Origin: Chitinophagales bacterium
Lineage (GTDB): Bacteria; Bacteroidota; Bacteroidia; Chitinophagales; Chitinophagaceae
Assembly: GCA_038210685.1 (NCBI GenBank)
Contig: JBBQWJ010000001.1
Location: forward strand, 1 to 46,105
Reading direction: 5' to 3'
DNA length: 46,105 nt
Below, one piece after another: positions 29,329 to 37,107 of this stretch; the stretch's first letter is position 1; each line of letters begins with the position of its first letter. Below the pieces are notes generated by a model, which saw only the letters and a program-made list of their open reading frames with translations, made no database searches and was not told the DNA's origin. The translations under genes and the position numbers were made by a program.

Positions 29329-32300
29329 ATGGAATATAATTTTAGAGAAATAGAGACCAAATGGCAGGATGCCTGGAAGGAAACAGGGATTTATCATGTG
29401 AGTAACTCATCAGATAAACCCAAATATTATGTGTTGGATATGTTTCCTTACCCAAGTGGTGCAGGATTACATGTGGGCCATCCTTTGGGATACATTGCAA
29501 GTGATATTTATGCCCGATATAAAAGATTGAAAGGTTTTAATGTGTTGCACCCAATGGGTTTTGACAGTTTTGGTTTGCCGGCTGAACAGTACGCAATTGA
29601 AACCGGCCAGCATCCCATAATAACAACCGAAAAAAATATTGCCACTTTTAAAGATCAATTGGATAAGATCGGTTTTTGCTTTGACTGGAGCCGTGAAATA
29701 AAAACGAGCGACCCTGAATATTACCGCTGGACACAATGGATTTTTTTACAAATTTTCAATAGCTGGTTCAATCCTAAAAGCAATAAAGCGGAATCAATAG
29801 AAACACTGGTAAATATTTTTGAAACAAACGGTTCATCTGAGTTTGAAACTGCTCATTCTTTTATTGCTGAAGAGTGGAAAAATTTTGATGAAAAAAAGAA
29901 GCAAGAAATTCTTATGGATTTCAGGCTTGCGTTTTCTTCTTATGGCGAAGTGAACTGGTGTGAAGCGTTAGGAACCGTTTTGGCAAATGATGAAGTGGTA
30001 AACGGAGTGAGTGAACGTGGGGGTTATCCTGTAGAAAAAAAGAAAATGAGGCAATGGTATTTAAGGATAACAGAATATGCTGACAGATTACTTGAAGGAC
30101 TGGAAACAGTTGATTTTAGCGATGCGATGAAAGAAATGCAGCGCAACTGGATTGGCAGGAGCGAGGGAGCGGAGATGAAATTCACAATTGACCACTTACC
30201 ATTTACAATTGACGTATACACCACCCGCCCGGATACCATTTTCGGAGTAGATTTCTTGGTTCTTGCCCCCGAACATGAACTGGTAAATGAAATTACTACT
30301 GATGTACAACGGTCATCAATAGACGAATATCTTAATTACGTAAAAAGCAGGAGCGACAGGGAAAGAATGGCTGAGGTGAAACAAATTACCGGTTGTTTTA
30401 CGGGTGCATACGCGATAAATCCTTTCGATGGCCGAAAAGTTCCTATTTGGATTGCAGAATATGTGTTGGCGGGTTACGGCACAGGCGCTATCATGGCAGT
30501 TCCTTGTGGCGACCAAAGGGATTTTGATTTTGCTACCTATTTTAAAATTCCAATCACCAATATTATCGGTGATCATTATAACGGAAAAGAAGCGAACCCG
30601 ACGAAGGAAGCAGTTTTGCAAAATTCCGGGTTTCTTGATGGTCTGTTGATGAAAGATGCGATAGGAGTGGCGATCAATAAAATAGAAGAATTAAAAATAG
30701 GAAAGCGAAAAGTAAATTACAGGATGCGAGATGCTGGCTTCAGCCGTCAAAGGTATTGGGGTGAGCCATTTCCGATTATCTGGAGTGACGGAGTTGCTGT
30801 TCCTCTTGATGAAAAAGAATTGCCTTTGGAATTGCCTTTCGTAGAAAAATATGGCCCCGGAAAAGAGGGCGAAGGACCATTGTCTAATTTAATTGATTGG
30901 GTGACAGTTGAGGTCAATGAAGCTTCGCAACATTTAAACCTCACCCCCGACCCCTCTCCTAAGGAGAGGGGGGAAGAAGCTTCAGGATATATAACTTCTG
31001 AAGCTTCAACTTGGAAAAAATTAAAACCCTTTGCCAGGGAAAACAGAAAGAATCCTACAGAAGCTGAAAATTTACTTTGGGAAAATGTAAGAAATAGAAA
31101 TATCAGTAATTGTAAATTTAGGAGGCAACATGCTATTGAAGGATTTATTGTTGATTTTGTTTGTCTTGAAAAAATGCTGGTAATTGAAATTGATGGTGAA
31201 TATCATTTAGAGGATGAGCAAAAGAAATATGATGAATCGAGAACTGAATATTTGAATGAACAAGGATTTAAGGAATTAAGATTTACTAACCAGGAAGTTG
31301 AAAAAAACATTCCGGGAGTTCTTACAAAAATCCGCGAAGAGTTAACTCAATGTTCCCCTCTCCCCGGGAGAGGGGTTAGGGGTGAGGTTAAAAAGGGCAA
31401 ACGTGAAACCTCTACCATGCCCGGTTATGCCGGCAGCAGCTGGTATTTTCTTCGTTATATGGATCCTCATAACAACCAAACTTTTGCTGATAAAAAAGCC
31501 ACTGATTACTGGAACCAGGTTGATGTGTATATAGGTGGAACCGAACACGCTGTTGGACATTTATTGTACAGCCGTTTGTGGACAAAAGTTTTGTACGATT
31601 TAGGTTATATAAGTTTTGATGAGCCATATAAAAAGTTGGTGAACCAGGGGATGATACAGGGAAGTAGCAGGTTTGTGTACAGGTTAGATAAATATCAAGT
31701 TCAAAATGAAAATTCGCTTGATTATATAGAAAATCAAGTGCTCTTCTTATCGTTAGACTTTTATAATAAGTTGCGAGATTTTGAGAATTTTGAAAATAGA
31801 ATGGAGGCAATAAAAATAATTGACGGTTTTTTAAGTGTAGAAAATAACAAAATTGGGAATACTTATTCAACAAGTGTAACTCCAATTCATGTTAATGTAA
31901 ATATTGTTGATGGAGTTGAATTAGATATGGAAGCTTTCAAAAAGTCAAAACCGGAATATGCCAATGCTGAATTTATTTTAGAAGATGGAAAATACATCTG
32001 TGGAGTAGAAACAGAAAAAATGTCCAAATCAAAATACAACACGGTAAATCCAAATGATTTGGTTGATAAATATGGTGCTGATACTTTTCGTATGTATGAA
32101 ATGTTTCTCGGTCCGGTAGAACAAAGCAAACCGTGGGATACCAAAGGCATTGAAGGTGTTCATCGTTTTCTAAAAAAATTATGGAGATTGTTTTTCGATG
32201 AGCAAAAAGGTAAAGTTTGGAATGAAGAAAAAGCAAATGATGCTGAATTAAAAACCCTTCATAAAACCATTAAAAAAATTGAAGAAGATACTGAACGTTT

Positions 32301-32700
32301 TTCTTTCAACACGGCAGTAAGCGCTTTTATGGTTTGTGTAAATGAACTGACAGATCTTAAATGTCATAAAAAAGAAATCCTTGAACCGCTGTTGATTTTA
32401 CTTGTCCCTTATGCACCGCATATTGCTGAAGAGTTGTACCATGTTCTTGGAAATGCTGATTCAATTTTAAATGCTGAATATCCCAAACTGGAAAATAAAT
32501 ATTTGGTTGAATCTGAAAAGGAATATCCTATTTCTATCAATGGAAAATTAAGAACAACGATGATTATTTCTCTAGAAGCATCTCAAAAAGAAGTTGAAGA
32601 AATGGTTCTTGAAAATGAAATTGTACAAAAATGGATTGAAAGCAAACCAATAAAAAAGATAATTTTTGTGAAGAATAAGATGGTGAATGTGGTAGTGTAA
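29329..32700 (+). CDS. leuS: Leucine--tRNA ligase with an internal DUF559 insertion
   Basis: MFPYPSGAGLHVGH, editing-domain YTTRPDT and GTGAIMAVP, SRQRYWGEP and KMSKS motifs; 1123 aa is oversized. Confidence 0.97.
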   Translation: MEYNFREIETKWQDAWKETGIYHVSNSSDKPKYYVLDMFPYPSGAGLHVGHPLGYIASDIYARYKRLKGFNVLHPMGFDSFGLPAEQYAIETGQHPIITTEKNIATFKDQLDKIGFCFDWSREIKTSDPEYYRWTQWIFLQIFNSWFNPKSNKAESIETLVNIFETNGSSEFETAHSFIAEEWKNFDEKKKQEILMDFRLAFSSYGEVNWCEALGTVLANDEVVNGVSERGGYPVEKKKMRQWYLRITEYADRLLEGLETVDFSDAMKEMQRNWIGRSEGAEMKFTIDHLPFTIDVYTTRPDTIFGVDFLVLAPEHELVNEITTDVQRSSIDEYLNYVKSRSDRERMAEVKQITGCFTGAYAINPFDGRKVPIWIAEYVLAGYGTGAIMAVPCGDQRDFDFATYFKIPITNIIGDHYNGKEANPTKEAVLQNSGFLDGLLMKDAIGVAINKIEELKIGKRKVNYRMRDAGFSRQRYWGEPFPIIWSDGVAVPLDEKELPLELPFVEKYGPGKEGEGPLSNLIDWVTVEVNEASQHLNLTPDPSPKERGEEASGYITSEASTWKKLKPFARENRKNPTEAENLLWENVRNRNISNCKFRRQHAIEGFIVDFVCLEKMLVIEIDGEYHLEDEQKKYDESRTEYLNEQGFKELRFTNQEVEKNIPGVLTKIREELTQCSPLPGRGVRGEVKKGKRETSTMPGYAGSSWYFLRYMDPHNNQTFADKKATDYWNQVDVYIGGTEHAVGHLLYSRLWTKVLYDLGYISFDEPYKKLVNQGMIQGSSRFVYRLDKYQVQNENSLDYIENQVLFLSLDFYNKLRDFENFENRMEAIKIIDGFLSVENNKIGNTYSTSVTPIHVNVNIVDGVELDMEAFKKSKPEYANAEFILEDGKYICGVETEKMSKSKYNTVNPNDLVDKYGADTFRMYEMFLGPVEQSKPWDTKGIEGVHRFLKKLWRLFFDEQKGKVWNEEKANDAELKTLHKTIKKIEEDTERFSFNTAVSAFMVCVNELTDLKCHKKEILEPLLILLVPYAPHIAEELYHVLGNADSILNAEYPKLENKYLVESEKEYPISINGKLRTTMIISLEASQKEVEEMVLENEIVQKWIESKPIKKIIFVKNKMVNVVV
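30182..30216 (+). repeat. Five imperfect tandem heptamers inside leuS
   Basis: TCACAAT TGACCAC TTACCAT TTACAAT TGACGTA; encodes FTIDHLPFTID. Confidence 0.6.
30937..30971 (+). repeat. Left palindromic repeat
   Basis: AACCTCACCCCCGA-CCCCTCTCC-TAA-GGAGAGGGG; internal 9-bp hairpin. Confidence 0.92.
31355..31389 (-). repeat. Right palindromic repeat (inverted copy)
   Basis: Reverse complement AACCTCACCCCTAA-CCCCTCTCC-CGG-GGAGAGGGG; 30/35 identical to the left copy. Confidence 0.92.
32653..32700 (+). repeat. Direct repeat copy 1 (3' end of leuS)
   Basis: 48 bp, 45/48 identical to 33300-33347. Confidence 0.92.
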
Positions 32701-32845
32701 TTTTATAAAAGAAGATTCTTTTTTTTTGTTTGTTTACTGTTCTTTAAAATGTTTTCCACAGTGAAATTTGTATTGAATTGCTCATCGCCTAAATTCAATT
32801 TTTAAAAAGTTATTTTTATTTGTACAACTAATAAAGTAAAAATTA

Positions 32846-33229
32846 ATGGAAGCAAAAAGGTCAGGAAATACGACAGATCACTTAGCCAACGAACGGACAT
32901 TTTTGGCGTGGATGCGAACCAGTATCGGAATTATGGCTTTCGGTTTTGTTGTGGTAAAGTTTTCTTTGTTTTTAAAGCAGGTATCTCTCATTTTAGGAAA
33001 AGAAAATATTATTCAAAACCGAGGCTACTCTGCCATTGTGGGTATTCTTTTAGTGGCGGTTGGCACCCTTACTTCCATTTTATCATATCTAAGATACAGG
33101 CAATCTGAAAAACAAATAAATGGAGGAACTTATAAACAATCAACGTTGCTTATTAGTATTATTACCGCGTTTATATTTATAGTAAGTGTTTCTTTAATTG
33201 TTTACCTAATCCGTAGTACGGGGTTTTAA
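32846..33229 (+). CDS. DUF202/YidH family membrane protein
   Basis: DHLANERTFLAWMRT motif; three TM segments. Confidence 0.92.
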   Translation: MEAKRSGNTTDHLANERTFLAWMRTSIGIMAFGFVVVKFSLFLKQVSLILGKENIIQNRGYSAIVGILLVAVGTLTSILSYLRYRQSEKQINGGTYKQSTLLISIITAFIFIVSVSLIVYLIRSTGF

Positions 33230-33299
33230 AATCTTTGTAAGGAACTGATTTTGTTGAGACCAAAAATTCTTTTTTTAAAGGCCTTAGTAAAAACTTGTG

Positions 33300-33347
33300 A
33301 AAAAGATAATTTTTGTGAAGAATAAAATGGTGAATGTAGTGGTGTAA
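33300..33347 (+). repeat. Direct repeat copy 2 (displaced leuS 3' end, att-like)
   Basis: Encodes the same KKIIFVKNKMVNVVV-stop; three synonymous differences. Confidence 0.92.
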
Positions 33348-33670
33348 ATTCTCTCAATATTCCAGTAAATAAACAAATAAGGGGATTTTTTATTTTATTT
33401 GCCGGCAGAGTTCCTGCCATTAATCAATCCTTCTATAAATTGGCCCGCCTAACTGAATAATAAAAATTAAGATGATGGCCCTTTTAAAATTTTGCTGGCT
33501 TAATAATTTTTTCATGTAATTATTTTGAAATCCAAATTAACCAATAAAATCTTTCATTTTTGTTGATTTACTACAAGCATCTAATTGATCAGTTAAAATA
33601 AATCCGTCTGCGTTTTTTAATTAACAATTTTATCGGAATTTTAGAGGAATCAAATTCTATTTTTGTAAAA

Positions 33671-34087
33671 ATGAGTTTAAAGACAACAAATAGCAATTCA
33701 GGTTTTAAAGCTAAGGTATCCTCTGTTTTAATGTTATCAATTGCTTTGATGCTTCTTGTTTTTTCCTGTCCTTTAAAAAAAATGCTAATAAATGAGGCAA
33801 CTCATTCCTCTTCTATCCGCACCAACCAAACTAATCAGCCAGCAAACAATAATTACGAACAGGAGGTTGCGCTCAATTCCTGCTTGGTTAAGAAGCCCGC
33901 ACAAATTTTAAAATTTAACGTTGCAAAGGAAATAAAATCTATTACACCCGTTACACATCATTTGTTCCTTTCCGCAGGTCCTTTCAGTCCTTATTTTTTA
34001 TCTGCAACATTTACGCATTCACTTTACGCTGGTTCTTTTTCTCACTCTCTACCTCTTTTTTTAAGACATTCAAGTCTCCTTATATAA
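33671..34087 (+). CDS. Hypothetical protein with N-terminal TM/signal segment
   Basis: 138-aa ORF; hydrophobic segment ending in FSCP; His/Ser-rich C-terminus. Confidence 0.6.
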   Translation: MSLKTTNSNSGFKAKVSSVLMLSIALMLLVFSCPLKKMLINEATHSSSIRTNQTNQPANNNYEQEVALNSCLVKKPAQILKFNVAKEIKSITPVTHHLFLSAGPFSPYFLSATFTHSLYAGSFSHSLPLFLRHSSLLI

Positions 34088-34100
34088 TACTATTTTTCTC

Positions 34101-34120
34101 TGCTATTTTTTAAAATAGCA
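34101..34120. repeat. AT-rich inverted repeat (operator or weak hairpin)
   Basis: TGCTATTTT-TT-AAAATAGCA. Confidence 0.4.
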
Positions 34121-34218
34121 TGATTCATTTTAAAGCTAAGGGCTTTCTGTTTTTATAAATTGAAAAGCTGATGGCTCAATAAAAACACAAGAATTTTAAT
34201 CTATCAAAAACAATAAAT

Positions 34219-34764
34219 ATGAATATTAAATCAATCACTTTTTTAGGCATAACAGCCATTCTTTTTGCCGCCTGTTCAAATACTTCAAGGGATAAAAATC
34301 CCGATACGGATTCTTCTTTAACCACAACAGTAAATGCGCCTGCTGCAAATGTGGCTGATAAAACTCCGCAAATGTTGCCTTCGTTCCAGTTAACTTCGGT
34401 GGATGGAAAAACAATTAATCTTGCTGATTTAAAAGGTAAAAAGGTTTTTGTAAATCTTTGGGCTACCTGGTGTCCTCCCTGCAGGGCAGAAATTCCTTCA
34501 ATTGAAAGGCTCAGCAAAAAAACTCCAAATGTTACGTATGTTATGCTTTCTTTAGATCAAAGTTTTGCCCTTGCAAAGGCATACGCAAAAGCAAACAAGA
34601 TCAATTTGCCCGTATATTATCCGGCAGGGAATTTGCCCGACATGTTTAATACAGAAGGGATACCTGCCACCTTTATTTTTAATGAAATGGGCGAATTAAT
34701 CAAAGCAAACATGGGTGCAGAAGATTATAATACGCCTGCATATTTGCAAATGCTCGGATCTTAA
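34219..34764 (+). CDS. TlpA/ResA-like thiol-disulfide oxidoreductase lipoprotein
   Basis: Lipobox FAA|C; NLWATWCPPCRAEIP and GIPATF motifs. Confidence 0.9.
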   Translation: MNIKSITFLGITAILFAACSNTSRDKNPDTDSSLTTTVNAPAANVADKTPQMLPSFQLTSVDGKTINLADLKGKKVFVNLWATWCPPCRAEIPSIERLSKKTPNVTYVMLSLDQSFALAKAYAKANKINLPVYYPAGNLPDMFNTEGIPATFIFNEMGELIKANMGAEDYNTPAYLQMLGS

Positions 34765-34796
34765 AATTCAAGCTTTGTTTGTTATCAAATCATTTT

Positions 34797-36224
34797 ATGA
34801 ATTTAGATATAGCTTACATCAATGATGTACATGGTTACCTGGAGCCACATCCGGAATTATTTTATAAAGACGGAGAAGAATATATTGAAACAGCAGGAGG
34901 CTACGCCAGGATAGCCTCCTTAGTAAATGATGCCAGGGAAAAAAATCCGCACTTTTTATTGTTCGACGGGGGCGATACTTTTCATGGCACCTTACCGGTC
35001 GTGAAGTCCCGCGGGGAGTGCCTTGTACCGATACTTAACAAAATGAGATTTTCTGCGATGGTAGGCCATTGGGATTTTGCTTATGGTCCGGGTCAATTAC
35101 AGAATCTTGCGCAACAATTGAATTATCCTGTTTTGGGAATGAATGTTTATAAGGAAAATGATGAACTTTTTTTGCCCCCTTTTATAATGAAAACGGTTGG
35201 AGATTTAAAAGTAGCAGTGTTGGGTATTTGTTGCAATATCATCGACAAAACAATGCCAAAGCATTTTAGTGAAGGGATAAAGTTAACCGATGGTTCAGAA
35301 GAACTTCCCCGCTACATTGAAAAAGTTAAGGAGCAAGGCGCTGATATAGTGATCCTTCTTTCTCACAACGGCTTTCCACAGGATGTTTCTTTACTTAAAA
35401 AAGTGAAGGGCGTTGATGTATGTTTATCTGCGCATACGCATAACCGTTTGTACGAAGCGGTAAAAGTAAACGATGGTATTATTATACAATGCGGATGTCA
35501 TGGTTCTTTTGTGGGTAATTTAAAATTGCACTTGGAAGAAAAAAAAATCAAAAGCTTTTCGTATCAGTTAAATACCGTTGATTCAGAAATTAAGCCTGAT
35601 AGTGAGATTGAAAAAATGGTGCATGATATTATGCAACCTTATCGTGAAATTGAAAAAGATGAAAAAGGAAAAACATCAGGAATCCTGCACCGTTACAGCA
35701 CCTTAGCATCTACAATGGATGATTTTTTATTATCTGCGATAAAAGATGCGGCTGATGCGGAAATTGCTTTTTCCAATGGATGGCGGTATGGTATACCTAT
35801 CGCCGAAGGGCCAATTAGTACATGGAATCTTTACAATATTATTCCTATGAATCCGGTAATTTCTACTGTTGAAATTAGCGGTGAAGAAATAATTGAATTA
35901 TTGGAGGCTAATCTTGAAAAAACATTTTCTGCCAATGCGATGAATCAGATGGGTGGCTATGTAAAGAGATGTTTAGGGCTTTATGTAAAAATGCGGGTTG
36001 AAAATCCCGCGGGGCATCGCATCCAGCAAATTTATTTTAATGGCGATCATTTGCAGAAAGACAAGTTCTATAAAGCTGCTTTTGTAACCATGCAGGGAGT
36101 ACCTGAAAAATTTGGGAAGAACAGGCAAAATCTGGACATAAGGGCGGTGGAGGCGATGGAGAACTACTTAAAAAAGAACCCCGGTTATAGACCGGGGAAA
36201 TTGAATTCATTTTGCCTCGTTTAG
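34797..36224 (+). CDS. Metallophosphoesterase/5'-nucleotidase superfamily protein, SoxB-like
   Basis: NDVHG, DGGDTFHG, GHWDF, LLSHNG, AHTH, GWRYG and QMGG motifs; no signal peptide. Confidence 0.8.
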   Translation: MNLDIAYINDVHGYLEPHPELFYKDGEEYIETAGGYARIASLVNDAREKNPHFLLFDGGDTFHGTLPVVKSRGECLVPILNKMRFSAMVGHWDFAYGPGQLQNLAQQLNYPVLGMNVYKENDELFLPPFIMKTVGDLKVAVLGICCNIIDKTMPKHFSEGIKLTDGSEELPRYIEKVKEQGADIVILLSHNGFPQDVSLLKKVKGVDVCLSAHTHNRLYEAVKVNDGIIIQCGCHGSFVGNLKLHLEEKKIKSFSYQLNTVDSEIKPDSEIEKMVHDIMQPYREIEKDEKGKTSGILHRYSTLASTMDDFLLSAIKDAADAEIAFSNGWRYGIPIAEGPISTWNLYNIIPMNPVISTVEISGEEIIELLEANLEKTFSANAMNQMGGYVKRCLGLYVKMRVENPAGHRIQQIYFNGDHLQKDKFYKAAFVTMQGVPEKFGKNRQNLDIRAVEAMENYLKKNPGYRPGKLNSFCLV

Positions 36225-36293
36225 AATTTCTACGGGCTGTTTTTCAAAGAATAAAAATTCTCAATAAAAGTTTGTTTACTGGCACCACAGCAA

Positions 36294-36608
36294 TCAATTA
36301 ATCTTATTTTGAAGGCTGTACCATGATCCTCCGTTGTACACTTCACTATAACCGCTCGTCTTTAAAAGGCTCTTTGCCGAAGCGCTTCGCATCCCGGATG
36401 CGCAACAGGTGATAACGGGTTTGTTCTTTTTTATTTTTGCAAAATTGTTTCTAAGCGAATCCAAAGGTATATTTATAGATCCTTTAATATGGCCGCTTTG
36501 AAACTCTCCGCGCGTGCGCACATCAATAATAATTGCTCCGCCAGCAACCAATTCACTGTAATTTACTTTTGGGCCGATGCCAAATATTTTTTTAATTGCT
36601 TCTAACAT
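36294..36608 (-). CDS. Single-domain rhodanese
   Basis: IDVRT..EF..GHI and CASGMRS motifs. Confidence 0.92.
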   Translation of the reverse strand: MLEAIKKIFGIGPKVNYSELVAGGAIIIDVRTRGEFQSGHIKGSINIPLDSLRNNFAKIKKNKPVITCCASGMRSASAKSLLKTSGYSEVYNGGSWYSLQNKIN

Positions 36609-36620
36609 TCATTTCTAATT

Positions 36621-36881
36621 TTATGCAGTTTGATAATCAAAGTTTACATTGTACCAGCTACCACCGTTTTCGCAATTGATTCCATTGCTCTGCAAAAAAC
36701 CTGTGGCTTGTCCGCTCCTGGATCCGCTGGCGCAGCAAAGAACGATGGGCTGTGGCATTTCTTTAATTTCATTTACCCGTTGTGGAATTTCATTTAATGG
36801 GATATTGATACTGCCGGCTACATTTCCTCCCATAAATTCTCCGCGGGTTCTTACATCAATAATTGTTTTTTTGTTGTTCAT
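36621..36881 (-). CDS. Single-domain rhodanese
   Basis: IDVRT..EF and CASGSRS motifs. Confidence 0.9.
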   Translation of the reverse strand: MNNKKTIIDVRTRGEFMGGNVAGSINIPLNEIPQRVNEIKEMPQPIVLCCASGSRSGQATGFLQSNGINCENGGSWYNVNFDYQTA

Positions 36882-36888
36882 AGTTTTT

Positions 36889-37104
36889 TTAATTTTTATT
36901 TTGATCTGAATAAATTTTTTCTTTTTTAAAAATGCTGAAAAATAAACCTCCCATTATCGCTCCGTAAATACTACTGTTCAAAGGTTTTGAAGTGATAGGA
37001 CAGCTACCGCTACTGCAACCTATGAAATAATAATAGAGGTAGCCTCCGACGGCTCCCACCATAATTCCTGCAATGGAGAGCCAGTTTTTTCTGATAAAAT
37101 TCAT
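36889..37104 (-). CDS. DUF6132-like small membrane protein with a CxxGxC loop
   Basis: GGYLYYYFIGCSSGSCPITSKP between two TM segments. Confidence 0.8.
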   Translation of the reverse strand: MNFIRKNWLSIAGIMVGAVGGYLYYYFIGCSSGSCPITSKPLNSSIYGAIMGGLFFSIFKKEKIYSDQNKN

Positions 37105-37107
37105 TGA

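Larger units (their letters stand above)
30937..31389 (+). mobile_element. Putative in-frame selfish element: DUF559/Vsr-like nuclease domain between terminal inverted repeats
   Basis: 453 bp = 151 whole codons; ARENRKNPTEAENLLW, KFRRQH, FIVDF, VIEIDGEYH, D..RT..L and LRFTN motifs; 35-bp inverted ends. Mobility is inferred, not shown. Confidence 0.75.

Noticed and set aside
30951-30971. Intragenic terminator
   Set aside because: Strong hairpin but no U-tract on the coding strand, and it lies within the uninterrupted leuS frame
30937-31389. Intein or self-splicing intron interpretation of the leuS insert
   Set aside because: No N-terminal Cys/Ser block or terminal His-Asn followed by Cys/Ser/Thr, no Hint motifs, and no room for a group I or II ribozyme core
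30937-31389. Classical IS element
   Set aside because: No DDE, HUH or serine transposase motifs; the cargo is DUF559 and the insert is only 453 bp
33226-33420. 64-aa minus-strand ORF
   Set aside because: Overlaps the antisense of the duplicated leuS end; no protein-like features
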